Assembly (NCBI GenBank): GCA_944383935.1
Contig: CALWRK010000001.1
Location: forward strand, 19,484-83,483
Length of the DNA: 64,000 nt
Source of the DNA: an uncultured Clostridia bacterium
Lineage (GTDB): Bacteria > Bacillota > Clostridia > Christensenellales > UBA3700
Reading direction: 5' to 3'
Part shown: piece after piece, positions 39,628 to 49,693 of the stretch
Position numbering within the stretch: position 1 is the first letter of the stretch
Layout: every line of letters begins with the position of its first letter
Position numbers and translations under genes: made by a program
The notes under the pieces: model-generated
What the model was told of the DNA's origin: nothing
The model's database searches: none
The model's input: only the letters and a program-made list of their open reading frames with translations

Positions 39628-41732
39628 TCTGCCTTGCCCTCCTCACCCGCTTCGGGAAGAGGAACGGATTCCACATATCCGCAATTTTTATCCAAACACA
39701 CATATCTGTGTTTTTCGCCTTTACCCACCTGCTTCATGAAGCTGCCGCACTTGGGACACCTCACGGGCGCGGGTAAGTCCCAGGATATGAAATCGCACTC
39801 GGGATATCCCGAACAGGAATAGAACACATTGCCCTTTTTGGACACTTTCTTTATTATTCCCCTGCCGCACACGGGACAGGTTGTGACGTATCCGCCGTAC
39901 GGCTTGGTAAACTTGCAGTGAGGATAGTTGGGACAAGCCAAAAACTTTCCGAACCTGCCCTCTCTGACCACCATCTTCGCTCCGCATTTTTCGCATCTTT
40001 CATCCGTTTCCTCCGGCTTGGGGCGCACGGTCTCGCCGTCGAAACGCGCCATGGCGCAACGCTTTTTGAAGTCGGGGTAGAAGTCGGCGATAATCTTCTC
40101 CCACTGCACTCCGCCGCCTTCGATTCTGTCCAGATTGAGTTCCATATCCGAAGTAAACTTCACATCCATGATATTGGGGAAATACTTTACAAGCATATCG
40201 CATACCGTCTCGCCCAATTCGGTGGGTTTGATGAATTTACCGTCTTTTTCGATATACCTGCGCTTGGATATGACCGCTATCGTGGCTGCGTAGGTACTTG
40301 GTCTGCCTATGCCGTTATCCTCCATGCCTTTTACCAAAGTAGCGTCGGTAAAGCGTGCGGGAGGCGTGGTGAACTTCTGCTCGGCTTTCATCTGTTTGAG
40401 GATAAATTCCTCCTCGTCTTTTATATTGGGCAGCGTCTTTGTATTCTTTTCATCTCCTTCGCCCGCGGGCATATATGCCGCCTGCCAGCCTTTGAACTTC
40501 AAAGTCTTGCCTTTGAGCACATATCCGTAATTTTTATCTGATGCGGACACGATGTGTACCGTGAGCGTATCGTAAAGAGCGGGCGCCATCTGACTTGCGA
40601 CAAAGCGGTCGTAGATGAGTTTATAGAGTTTATAGGTGCTCTTTTGCAGCTTATCTTTTAGCGAATCGGGAGTCATGCCCAACGAGATGGGGCGAATGGC
40701 TTCATGCGCGTCCTGCGCTCCCGATTTCGCCTTATATACATTGGGACGTGCGGGCGCGTATTCGTCCCCGTATTCCTTGCGTATATGCGCAAGCGCTTCG
40801 TTTTGAGCGTCCGTAGATATACGCGTACTGTCCGTCCTGATATAAGTGACCAGCGCGGTATGTCCCATTCCCGGGATATCTATGCCCTCATACAGCTGTT
40901 GGGCTATCTGCATTACCTGCACCGGGGTTATGTTCAGCTTAGACGCCTCGTCCTGCTGCATGGTGGAGGTGGTAAAGGGCGGATGCGGTCTGGATACGGA
41001 CGTATCGCGTTTTACGCTGTCCGCGCGCCATTTCCCCGCCTTACTGCCGTTTACAATGCTGTCCGCCAACTCTTTATTTCCTACTTTGACTTTCTTTCCG
41101 TCTATATCGTTGAAGTCGCATTTAAGCATAGCGGGGACATCGTCCTTGAACAGCTCCGCGGAGATATTCCAATACTCTTCCGGTTTGAAGTTGCGTATTT
41201 CGCGTTCTCTGTCCACCACCATTTTGAGGGCGACAGACTGCACTCTGCCCGCGGAAAGTCCGCTCTTTATCTTCCTGGACAGTATGGGCGATACCTCATA
41301 ACCCACCAATCTGTCCAGCACTCTGCGCGCCTGCTGCGCGTTGACCAAGTTGATATTTATCTTTCTGGGGTGTTGCAATGCCGCCAGCACCGCCTTTTTT
41401 GATATCTCGTTAAACTCTATGCGTATATCTCCGTTGGGCAGCTTAAACACCTGCGAGATGTGCCAGGATATCGCCTCTCCTTCGCGGTCGGGGTCGGTTG
41501 CGAGATAAACTTTATCCGCCTTTGCTATGGCGCCGCGCAGGCTTTCGATAGTCGCTTTCTTGGATTCCGTTATCACATACTCCGGCTTAAAATTATGCTC
41601 TATGTCTATGCCCATACGATGTTCGGGCAAATCGCTGATATGCCCGCCGGAAGCCATTACCCGATACTGCTTTCCCAGGTACTTGGATATCGTCTTTGCC
41701 TTATGCGGCGATTCCACTATAATCAAATCCAT
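39624..41732 (-). CDS. topA: DNA topoisomerase I
   Basis: Toprim IIVESPHKAKTI, active-site tyrosine region TYIRTDSTR and C-terminal CxxC zinc ribbons. Confidence 0.97.
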   Translation of the reverse strand: MDLIIVESPHKAKTISKYLGKQYRVMASGGHISDLPEHRMGIDIEHNFKPEYVITESKKATIESLRGAIAKADKVYLATDPDREGEAISWHISQVFKLPNGDIRIEFNEISKKAVLAALQHPRKININLVNAQQARRVLDRLVGYEVSPILSRKIKSGLSAGRVQSVALKMVVDREREIRNFKPEEYWNISAELFKDDVPAMLKCDFNDIDGKKVKVGNKELADSIVNGSKAGKWRADSVKRDTSVSRPHPPFTTSTMQQDEASKLNITPVQVMQIAQQLYEGIDIPGMGHTALVTYIRTDSTRISTDAQNEALAHIRKEYGDEYAPARPNVYKAKSGAQDAHEAIRPISLGMTPDSLKDKLQKSTYKLYKLIYDRFVASQMAPALYDTLTVHIVSASDKNYGYVLKGKTLKFKGWQAAYMPAGEGDEKNTKTLPNIKDEEEFILKQMKAEQKFTTPPARFTDATLVKGMEDNGIGRPSTYAATIAVISKRRYIEKDGKFIKPTELGETVCDMLVKYFPNIMDVKFTSDMELNLDRIEGGGVQWEKIIADFYPDFKKRCAMARFDGETVRPKPEETDERCEKCGAKMVVREGRFGKFLACPNYPHCKFTKPYGGYVTTCPVCGRGIIKKVSKKGNVFYSCSGYPECDFISWDLPAPVRCPKCGSFMKQVGKGEKHRYVCLDKNCGYVESVPLPEAGEEGKAE

Positions 41733-41746
41733 TCTCCGTCTCTCCC

Positions 41747-42760
41747 TCAGTGTCTGTTCTTGGCAATACTATAATAATTGCCTGTATGTCTTTTTACGAT
41801 TCCGTTCAATTCCAATTTCATAAGCAGTTTGGCTATGTCGGGAATACTTATCCCCGTATCCTGCGCCAATCTGCTGTAATGCGCGGTGCCCTCCCTGTCT
41901 ATGGCTTCCAGCACGAGTTTTTCGTTCTCCGTCAGTCCGACCAAATTCACACCATCGTCCTCGCCGCCCGTATCGGCAATAATATCGCCTATGCGCGTTA
42001 CTAGTCTGCCGCACTCTTTAAGCAATTCGTTACTGCCCTCACAGCTGCGCGAAAAGATATTCCCGGGCACTACCCATAGTTCCTTTCCCATCTCCAAGGC
42101 ACAGTCGGCAGTGATGAGAGCTCCGCTTTTCTTCCCCGCCTCCGCCACAAGCACGCCCTTGCTTATGGTCGCCATAATACGGTTTCGCTCAGGAAACCTG
42201 AACGCGAGCGGAGGCGTTCCGGGAGGATACTCCGACAAGAGTAAGCCCTTTTGCGCAATCTCTTCCATTAACTCCGCATTTTCCTGCGGATATACTCTGT
42301 CTAGACCGCACGCCATAATGGCAATGGTATTTCCCTTGCTTTTCAGCGCGCCTCTGTGCGCTGCCGCATCAATACCCATGGCAAGTCCGCTGACTATGGT
42401 TATGCCGCGCTCTGCCAATCCCGAGGCGAAATATTCCGCCGCCTCCACTCCGTATCTGCTCGCCCTACGCGATCCCACTATGGTAACGCAATCTGTTTTG
42501 AGCAAATCGAGATTGCCTTTATAGTAGAGCGCAGGCGGCGCATAGTTGAGTTGTTGCAGCCTGCCCGGGTACTCGTCATCCTCCGAAGTTATAACGGATA
42601 TGCCGTATTTTTCCATTTTGGCAATGACTTTATCCGCCTCGGAAGTGCGTCTGAAGTTTGCAAGAGCATTATCCGCAAGATAACATCTCTTTTTCAGATC
42701 TGTTTCAAAACTGGCAAGAATAAATGCCTTTTGATACGCCTGATACTCCTTCACTCCCAA
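41747..42760 (-). CDS. dprA: DNA-processing protein DprA (Smf)
   Basis: Rossmann core IVSGLAMGIDAAAHRGAL and C-terminal winged-helix domain. Confidence 0.9.
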   Translation of the reverse strand: MGVKEYQAYQKAFILASFETDLKKRCYLADNALANFRRTSEADKVIAKMEKYGISVITSEDDEYPGRLQQLNYAPPALYYKGNLDLLKTDCVTIVGSRRASRYGVEAAEYFASGLAERGITIVSGLAMGIDAAAHRGALKSKGNTIAIMACGLDRVYPQENAELMEEIAQKGLLLSEYPPGTPPLAFRFPERNRIMATISKGVLVAEAGKKSGALITADCALEMGKELWVVPGNIFSRSCEGSNELLKECGRLVTRIGDIIADTGGEDDGVNLVGLTENEKLVLEAIDREGTAHYSRLAQDTGISIPDIAKLLMKLELNGIVKRHTGNYYSIAKNRH

Positions 42761-44283
42761 TACTTCCTATCCAACGAGCGGTATTGCACCGCCTCCGCAA
42801 CGTGCTCAGCCTTAATCTGGGACGCGCCTTCAAGGTCGGCTATCGTCCTTGCCACCTTAATTATCCTCGTTCCCGCACGGGCGGTGAGATTCAACCTCTC
42901 ATATGCCTCACGCAGTACTCTGTCTCCGGGACCGTCCAATCTGCAATATTTGCGCAGATCGTTATTGTCCATACCCGAATTAGTATGATTGCGCTTCCCT
43001 TCGAAGCGTTCGCGCTGTATGGCGCGTGCAGCCTCCACCCTCGCTTTTATGGCAGCACTGTCTTCCGATGGCGTTTCGTCTTGCAATTCGTCATAACTTA
43101 TTCCATCCACTTCAACGTGCAGATCTATCCTGTCCAGCAGAGGCCCCGACAGCTTGTTCACATATCTCCTTATCTCCGAAGGAGTGCACCTGCACTCTCG
43201 CGTCATAGAACCGAAATTTCCGCAAGGACAGGGATTCATCCCAGCCACCAGCATAAACCTGGCGGGATATTCCGCCGTAAGTCTTGCGCGCGATACGGTC
43301 ACTACGCCGTCCTCCAACGGTTGACGCAGAGCTTCAAGCGTACGCCTTTGATACTCGGGCGCTTCGTCCAGAAACAGCACTCCGTTATGTGCCAGCGAAA
43401 CCTCTCCCGGACGGGCGAACGTACCTCCTCCCGTAAGTGCCGGTATCGTGGCGGTATGGTGCGGAGCCCTGAACGGACGGGTGGAAACTATGCCTTTATT
43501 GGCATCCAAGATACCCGCAACCGAGTGTATCTTGGTCACCTCTATCGCCTCTTCGAAGGTCATATCGGGCATAATGGTGGGCACACACTTTGCCATAAGC
43601 GTCTTACCCGCTCCGGGAGGTCCTATCATGAGTATGTTGTGACCGCCCGCCACTGCTATCTCTATCGCCCTTCTGGCAAAAAATTGCCCTTTCACGTCTG
43701 CAAAGTCCACGCCGTACTTGTTCGATTCTGCGGTGGGCGTAAACTTTTTTGTGGGAATTGGGATAAATCCCGTCCTGTCGCAAAGCAGCATACACGCTTC
43801 GCGAAGCGTAGCAACCGGATACACCTCCGCGCCCTCCACATAGGACGCTTCTTTTTGATTGCCAAGCGGTATTACAAACTTCGTCCTGCCCTCCTGCATT
43901 GCCGAGATGAGGATGGGCATTATTCCGTTCACCGGTCGGACGGTGCCATCCAAGGAAAGTTCTCCCAGTATGGTCAAGTCCTTATATTGGGCTTTGAGCA
44001 GCTGATCTCCCGCAATGAGTATACCCAGCGCTATGGGAAGGTCGAACAATGCTCCCTCTTTTTTACTGTCTGCCGGCGCCAGATTTACCGTTATGCGCTT
44101 GGTGGGGTACTTGAATCCGCTGTTCTTGATCGCGGCGCGCACCCTTTCCCTGGACTCCTTGACAGCAGCGTCCGGCAGCCCCACCGTTTCATACCCGGGG
44201 AGCCCCGCGTTGATATCTATCTCGATATCCACGCCCAGACCCATAAGTCCTTCCAGCGTATAACTTTTAATCTTGGACAGCAT
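42751..44283 (-). CDS. YifB/ComM family Mg-chelatase-like AAA+ ATPase
   Basis: Lon-protease-like N-domain, Walker A GPPGAGKT, GVLFLDE and C-terminal ChlI-type domain. Confidence 0.92.
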   Translation of the reverse strand: MLSKIKSYTLEGLMGLGVDIEIDINAGLPGYETVGLPDAAVKESRERVRAAIKNSGFKYPTKRITVNLAPADSKKEGALFDLPIALGILIAGDQLLKAQYKDLTILGELSLDGTVRPVNGIMPILISAMQEGRTKFVIPLGNQKEASYVEGAEVYPVATLREACMLLCDRTGFIPIPTKKFTPTAESNKYGVDFADVKGQFFARRAIEIAVAGGHNILMIGPPGAGKTLMAKCVPTIMPDMTFEEAIEVTKIHSVAGILDANKGIVSTRPFRAPHHTATIPALTGGGTFARPGEVSLAHNGVLFLDEAPEYQRRTLEALRQPLEDGVVTVSRARLTAEYPARFMLVAGMNPCPCGNFGSMTRECRCTPSEIRRYVNKLSGPLLDRIDLHVEVDGISYDELQDETPSEDSAAIKARVEAARAIQRERFEGKRNHTNSGMDNNDLRKYCRLDGPGDRVLREAYERLNLTARAGTRIIKVARTIADLEGASQIKAEHVAEAVQYRSLDRKYWE

Positions 44284-46538
44284 CAGTTCTTCTTATCCTT
44301 TCTGTTTTGTATGGCTTTTTTAAGCCATTCGAACCTGAAATCCGACTTTATCATCCCTCTGATTTTGCCGTTATAAGGAGTAAGCGTTCTCTCCCTGTTG
44401 TAGTAGCATATATCCAAGGTGATGTAGACAAGCGCAAACGCGAGCAAAACGGTGAACACGCTGAACACTATCACAAATGCGGACTTTGAAGGGAACATGA
44501 GATATTCCATATCTCCGGAAGAGGCGATAAAGCCACCCCTTCCTATGAGTTGCGCCACATTGAGGAAGTGCGTAAGCGAAATTCCTCCGAACACTGTCAT
44601 CAGTCTTACATCGGGCACGATGATGATATACGCCAGTAAGAGAAGCAGTCCGAGCGTCATCACCTCGACCGTAATGCCCGTACCGAGCGCGGCAAAGAGG
44701 ATGACGGATACGCCGCTGACCAAAATGAGGTCCGCCGTGGATTTTCCGTTGAGGAAGTAGTTGAGCGCGGCGAGAATGCCCAGCAGCGCGCCGAACAACC
44801 AGGTGCATACTTCCAAAGCGGTATTGACCGTACCGCTGTTGGCAAGTCCGAACATACCGTACATATTGAACGCGTCGTTGGACATAAATGCGTTCAGCTT
44901 GAACCAACCATACATCTGATCGAATACGGCAAAGTAGCTGCCTTGTGAATAATAGGGCATCGTCATGGGCAACGCCAGCAGATAGAACACTATCAAACTG
45001 CCTACCGCCTGAACTGCGGTGATCCCCGCTACCTTTCCGCGCTCGGCTTTATCCGTCTTGACTACCGCGCCTATTTGATATATCAAAATCATGGGTAGCA
45101 GGAGTATTACCCAGTTGCTGAACAAAAGCGCCAGCGTAAAGAGTATGCCTGCGATAACGGATTTGCCCAAAGCGTATGCAGAGATGGATTTAATGCCGAC
45201 ATATTCGGACGAATCCTTTGAATCCATGAGCATGACGTGCATCATACCCATCACAAACGGCATTGCCAGGCTGAGGTAGGAACCATACAGCGCGCTCTGA
45301 GTAAAGAACACGGGGAGCACCGCATACAGTCCCGCATAGCAAGACGCCACCCTGACGGACGTATAGCGCGCGGCATAGGCGTAGATGAGATAGCAGGTGA
45401 TTATGTCCGCAAGTATGGAGGGAATTCTGAGCGTTATCGCCATAGCCATACTTCCGCCCTGCACGCCCAGCATTGCGGCTATGCGCGCAAACAGCCATAT
45501 GACGTATGCGGAAAGGGAAGGCACGCCGGGCATGGAAGAATATGCCTGACCCCAGCCGTCCGCATTTATCGTGCTGTAAAGATCGTAATACGAAGAAGAT
45601 ATCTGTCCGAATCCGAACGTAGTCACCGCCACGATGAATCTGACCAAGAAAGCTCCGACCATTGCGTATGTGAACAGCGCCAAGGGAGAAGTGAGCGCTT
45701 TAACCGCCCTCTTCCCTCCTGCCGCAGAGGAATCTGGCGTAAGTTCCGTTTCCCTCATGCTCTCCTGTGCGTCTTTGCCCATACAATATCTGACAAATTT
45801 GACCAAAAGGTATGCCGCGACAACGGTGAATACCGCCAATAACACAACGTATACATAAGATCCGGCGGTAGCCATGCTGAACGTTCCGTCCTCTTTGAGT
45901 ATACCCGCGTAATGTGCGTCCGTGACCACGGAAGAGTCCGTTTCCGTTATGGAGATATCGTCAAAATACACAAGTCCGGACGGAGCTGCGGAAGAATCGC
46001 CTATTCCCGCAAAAAGAGTGAAATCCGCGCTCGCCTTGGCTTGGAAGTATATATAGCATTCCACCCACTTCCTACCCGTTGTGGAGCCGTAATCTCTTAT
46101 ATTTGCGCTTGTGATGTTCAAGGAATTAAAGTCGCTGTCTTCCATAAAACCGAGCACTATGCCCACTTCCCTTTCCGTGTCCTCGCCTTCGTCCAGCACG
46201 ATCTCCGTCAACTCCTGTATTCTCACTCTTGCAGACAGTCTGTAATACTGGTTGTTCTCCAACGATACCTGCTGGGTGATATACGTCCATGCCGAAGAAG
46301 CATTTACGGATATGGAATATTTTGTGCCGTTGTTTGCGGTAGCGTCGTCATCGCCGCTCTGACGCACGGTAACTTTTCCGTTGGAAGTATCGTTGAGCGT
46401 CCAGCCGTCGATATTGCCGTTTTCAAAATCGCCGTTGCTCACGATGGAAGAACCATTTTCCGTGCACGCGGTCAAGACTATGGCGAATACCGCCACAAGA
46501 CAGATGATTACAATCAAAAGACTTTTGCGAGTTTTCAT
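44283..46538 (-). CDS. large polytopic membrane protein with lipobox signal and extracytoplasmic CBM-like domain (possible GT-C type glycosyltransferase)
   Basis: 751 aa. MKTRKSLLIVIICLVAVFAIVLTAC signal with lipobox. NGDFENGNIDGWT (CBM4/9-like beta-sandwich start). Then at least 12 predicted TM segments. The stop TGA shares its A with the comM ATG (TGATG at 44285-44281). Confidence 0.7.
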   Translation of the reverse strand: MKTRKSLLIVIICLVAVFAIVLTACTENGSSIVSNGDFENGNIDGWTLNDTSNGKVTVRQSGDDDATANNGTKYSISVNASSAWTYITQQVSLENNQYYRLSARVRIQELTEIVLDEGEDTEREVGIVLGFMEDSDFNSLNITSANIRDYGSTTGRKWVECYIYFQAKASADFTLFAGIGDSSAAPSGLVYFDDISITETDSSVVTDAHYAGILKEDGTFSMATAGSYVYVVLLAVFTVVAAYLLVKFVRYCMGKDAQESMRETELTPDSSAAGGKRAVKALTSPLALFTYAMVGAFLVRFIVAVTTFGFGQISSSYYDLYSTINADGWGQAYSSMPGVPSLSAYVIWLFARIAAMLGVQGGSMAMAITLRIPSILADIITCYLIYAYAARYTSVRVASCYAGLYAVLPVFFTQSALYGSYLSLAMPFVMGMMHVMLMDSKDSSEYVGIKSISAYALGKSVIAGILFTLALLFSNWVILLLPMILIYQIGAVVKTDKAERGKVAGITAVQAVGSLIVFYLLALPMTMPYYSQGSYFAVFDQMYGWFKLNAFMSNDAFNMYGMFGLANSGTVNTALEVCTWLFGALLGILAALNYFLNGKSTADLILVSGVSVILFAALGTGITVEVMTLGLLLLLAYIIIVPDVRLMTVFGGISLTHFLNVAQLIGRGGFIASSGDMEYLMFPSKSAFVIVFSVFTVLLAFALVYITLDICYYNRERTLTPYNGKIRGMIKSDFRFEWLKKAIQNRKDKKN

Positions 46539-46565
46539 TCGGAATCTCCTAGGTATACTAGATAT

Positions 46566-46594
46566 ATAATAATAAATATAAAAAGCGTTTGCAA
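46566..46594 (-). promoter_or_regulatory. putative promoter of the membrane-protein/comM/dprA/topA chain
   Basis: Minus strand TTGCAA-17 nt-TATTAT, then about 25 nt to AGGAG and the ATG at 46538. Confidence 0.4.
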
Positions 46595-46671
46595 GCGTTT
46601 TTTAACATTTGCCCGCTTTAAGGAAAAAATTTTTACTTTTTCGCCACACTGCGACGGGAATTTTTCGCTCG

Positions 46672-46707
46672 AAAATAAAAAATAACCCCCGCGCTTTCAC
46701 GCGGGGG
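46672..46707 (-). terminator. rho-independent terminator of rplS
   Basis: Perfect 8-bp GC stem CCCCCGCG (46686-46693) / CGCGGGGG (46700-46707), followed on the minus strand by TTATTTTTTATTTT. Confidence 0.85.
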
Positions 46708-46722
46708 CTGTCTGTAGTCGTA

Positions 46723-47070
46723 TTACTTGATGACCTCGGCAAGTTTCGCAGCCTTGCCGCTTCTGTTTCTGAGATAGTAAAGTTTCGCCCTTCTCACCTT
46801 ACCGTGACGGATTACGTCAATATGATCTATCTTGGGAGAATGCATGGGGAAAGTTCTCTCTACGCCAACGCCGTTGGATATCTTGCGAACGGTCATGGTC
46901 TCTCTGATGCTGCCGCCTCTGAAAGCGATGATGATGCCTTCAAACGCCTGCAACCTCTCTTTGTTGCCTTCAACGACTTTGACGAACACCTTTACCGTGT
47001 CGCCGATTGCCAATTTGGGCAGGTCTGTGCGCATACCCTCTTTTTCGATGATGTCTATCAAATTGCTCAT
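46723..47070 (-). CDS. rplS: 50S ribosomal protein L19
   Basis: [45 protein letters not shown]..., canonical L19. Confidence 0.97.
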   Translation of the reverse strand: MSNLIDIIEKEGMRTDLPKLAIGDTVKVFVKVVEGNKERLQAFEGIIIAFRGGSIRETMTVRKISNGVGVERTFPMHSPKIDHIDVIRHGKVRRAKLYYLRNRSGKAAKLAEVIK

Positions 47071-47160
47071 TGACTTATACCTCCGAATTTACGCGATGTT
47101 CTCGATCGTCTTGGGATTTTTATACGTCGGCGGAACACCCGAAGTCTTATTTGCCTGCAT

Positions 47161-47189
47161 ATTCTACCATAAAATTTTTATGTATGCAA
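47161..47189 (-). promoter_or_regulatory. putative rplS promoter
   Basis: Minus strand TTGCAT-17 nt-TAGAAT with TGg extended -10, leaving a leader of about 80 nt before GGAGG-ATG. Confidence 0.55.
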
Positions 47190-47219
47190 CTGTTTTAACG
47201 CGATTTTATCATATTTTTA

Positions 47220-47573
47220 TCATATATCCGTCATATCAAAGGCGTTTTCTATATATTCCGTATCGCCGTTGCGTATGACAATAACGTCAAACCTCACATC
47301 CCAATCGGTCAACCCTCGCGCATAAAGATATACTTTTGCCGCGTGCGCTATTCTGCGCCGCTTAGTATAATTCACCGCCTCCGCTCCGTACCCGTAACGG
47401 TCGTTTTCCCTGCTCTTCACCTCGATAAATACGATATAGGCGCCGTCGCGAGCTATGATGTCTATCTCTCCGCCGCGGCAAGAAAAGTTGCGCTCCAAAA
47501 TGCGCATCCCACGTCCGATAACGTACTCGCACGCCTGCTGTTCTCCCAGCGTCCCCTTGCCTCGCGTATTCAT
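47220..47573 (-). CDS. YraN family protein (UPF0102, predicted endonuclease)
   Basis: 117 aa. GE..A..YL...G..IL.RN......GEIDIIA.DG...VFIEVK pattern. Confidence 0.88.
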   Translation of the reverse strand: MNTRGKGTLGEQQACEYVIGRGMRILERNFSCRGGEIDIIARDGAYIVFIEVKSRENDRYGYGAEAVNYTKRRRIAHAAKVYLYARGLTDWDVRFDVIVIRNGDTEYIENAFDMTDI

Positions 47574-48181
47574 ATAAAGTTCTTGACGAACGTGCGCCTG
47601 TGTATGGGCGTAATTCCATATTCTTTAATGGCGGCTATATGCGCGGCCGTTCCGTATCCCTTGTTCTTTTCAAAGGCGTATTGAGGATATAAAAGTGCGT
47701 AATCGTCCATAATTTTATCTCGCGTTACTTTTGCAACCACGGAAGCGCAGGATATGGAATAACTCAACAAGTCCCCCTTTATTATAGACTCTACCTGACA
47801 TACCGCGGGGATATTTACGGCGTCTATAAGCGCAATATCGGGAACAACGGTAAGTTCGGCAATAGCCATTTTCATAGCCTCCTTTGTTGCGTTTAGAATA
47901 TTCACTTCGTCTATGTACTCGGGCGGCAAGGACACCACCTTGTATGCAAGCGCCCTCTCTTTTATCATTTCGCAAAAAAATTCCCTCTTTTTGGCGGAAA
48001 GTTTCTTGCTATCCGTCACTCCCGAGATAATCGACTGCCCGTCCAGCGGCATGACTACGGCGCATACCGTCACCGGACCGGCGAGCGGACCTCTACCCAC
48101 TTCGTCCACTCCGGCTATATATCTCTTACCCTGCAAGAGGTACTTCTTTTCGTACTCCAAATTGTCAAACGTCAATTTCAT
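47570..48181 (-). CDS. rnhB: ribonuclease HII
   Basis: IAGVDEVGRGPLAGPV catalytic motif and GYGTAAH near the C-terminus. Confidence 0.95.
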   Translation of the reverse strand: MKLTFDNLEYEKKYLLQGKRYIAGVDEVGRGPLAGPVTVCAVVMPLDGQSIISGVTDSKKLSAKKREFFCEMIKERALAYKVVSLPPEYIDEVNILNATKEAMKMAIAELTVVPDIALIDAVNIPAVCQVESIIKGDLLSYSISCASVVAKVTRDKIMDDYALLYPQYAFEKNKGYGTAAHIAAIKEYGITPIHRRTFVKNFI

Positions 48182-49019
48182 CCGCCGTATCCAACATGAC
48201 TCTGCCCAATCTCAGCTTGCGCAGATCATCTAATATTGCACGCGCCGTGCGCTCGTAATCCATGTTATCCTTGTTCAAAAGATAACCTCTCTTTTTTGCT
48301 ATTTTGTCCATAATTTCCATAGGTTCATATTCGAGTGAATCCAGGAAATATCTCTCTGCAAAGGGAAGATAATTTTTCTGCTTGAAAAACCTTATCGCCT
48401 CCAATCCCAGCTCTGCCATATCCAGCACTTCTTCCTTTATGCTGCCTATCATGGCAAGGCGCACCGCGCGCTCTTCGTCGTCAAACGCGGGAGGAAGAGT
48501 TCCCGGCGTGTCCAGAAGTTCTATATTGGACGCCAACTTCACCCACTGCTTGCCGCGCGTTACGCCCGGTCTGTTCCCCGTGACCGTCCTCTTGCTGCCG
48601 CACAGACAATTTATCAAAGTGGATTTTCCCGTGTTCGGGACTCCCGCCACGATGGCGCGCACGGTCTTGTTCACGCCCTTATTCCTATATTTTTCTATAA
48701 GCGGTCTGTTCAACTCTGCAAGTTTGGATATTACCTCCGCGCGAAATGCGGAAGATACGCTGTTTACCGATACGCACTTTTCCCCTCTTTCGCGGTAGTA
48801 CTTTTCCCAACTTGCCAAATCGGCTTTTTCCACCATATCGCTCTTGTTGAACACATACAAGACGGGTAAGCCTTTTATCATCTTGTCGAATGCGGGATTG
48901 CGCGAAGATCGAATGACGCGGGCGTCCAGCACATATATGACGCAATCGGCGGTTTTCAAGCTGTCCTGCATCATGCGCATGGCTTTTGTCATATGTCCCG
49001 GATACCATTGAATGTACAT
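48165..49019 (-). CDS. rbgA: ribosome biogenesis GTPase YlqF/RbgA
   Basis: MYIQWYPGHMTKA, circularly permuted GTPase (NKSDM ... GVPNTGKST ... DTPG). Confidence 0.93.
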   Translation of the reverse strand: MYIQWYPGHMTKAMRMMQDSLKTADCVIYVLDARVIRSSRNPAFDKMIKGLPVLYVFNKSDMVEKADLASWEKYYRERGEKCVSVNSVSSAFRAEVISKLAELNRPLIEKYRNKGVNKTVRAIVAGVPNTGKSTLINCLCGSKRTVTGNRPGVTRGKQWVKLASNIELLDTPGTLPPAFDDEERAVRLAMIGSIKEEVLDMAELGLEAIRFFKQKNYLPFAERYFLDSLEYEPMEIMDKIAKKRGYLLNKDNMDYERTARAILDDLRKLRLGRVMLDTADEIDV

Positions 49020-49693
49020 TATTTGCCCTCCAATAAATCAGGTCTGCGCTCGCGTGTGATCTGAAGCTGTTTTTCTCTTCTCCATGCCGCTATTGCGGCG
49101 TGATCTCCCGACAAAAGCACCTCAGGAACTTGCCTTCCCAAATACTCCCTGGGGCGGGTATATTGCGGATATTCCAGCAATCCGTCTGAAAAACTCTCCT
49201 CCTGCGTGGATTGTTCGCTTCCCAGCACTCCCTTTACATATCTGGCACAGGCGTTGATCAGCACCATGGCAGGCAACTCTCCGCCCGTGAGCACATAGTC
49301 GCCTATGGAAATTTCTTCGTCTATGTCCTCATCTATGACGCGCTGATCCACTCCCTCGTAATTTCCGCACAATATTAGAATATGTTCGCGCCGCGCCAGC
49401 CGGATAACGGCAGCTTGATCCAACGTCTTTCCTTTGGGCGACATATATATGCGAAGAGCGTTCCTGTTCGGATCGAGCGCATGAATAGCGTCGTGTATGG
49501 GCTGAGGCGTCATGACCATACCCGCTCCGCCTCCGAATGGAGTATCGTCGCATTTGCCGTGCTTGTCCAACGTATAATCGCGTATATTCACTGCGTTTAC
49601 CGTGACAAGCCCTTTATCCAAAGCCTTTCCGATAACTCCGCTTTTAAGACAGTCAAACATCTCAGGAAAAATTGTGGCGACATCAATCCTCAT
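49019..49693 (-). CDS. trmD: tRNA (guanine37-N1)-methyltransferase
   Basis: MRIDVATIFPEMF, DDTPFGGGAGMVM and SIGDYVLTGGELPAMVLI. Confidence 0.96.
   Translation of the reverse strand: MRIDVATIFPEMFDCLKSGVIGKALDKGLVTVNAVNIRDYTLDKHGKCDDTPFGGGAGMVMTPQPIHDAIHALDPNRNALRIYMSPKGKTLDQAAVIRLARREHILILCGNYEGVDQRVIDEDIDEEISIGDYVLTGGELPAMVLINACARYVKGVLGSEQSTQEESFSDGLLEYPQYTRPREYLGRQVPEVLLSGDHAAIAAWRREKQLQITRERRPDLLEGK

Noticed and set aside
42724-44376. 550-aa plus-strand ORF covering the whole of comM and extending into the neighbouring gene
   Set aside because: It is codon-aligned antisense to comM (42751-42724=27). It has no Shine-Dalgarno before its ATG, and its His/Arg/Phe-rich composition is typical of a reverse-complement frame. 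Best explained as a shadow ORF caused by avoidance of TTA, CTA and TCA codons in the sense gene.
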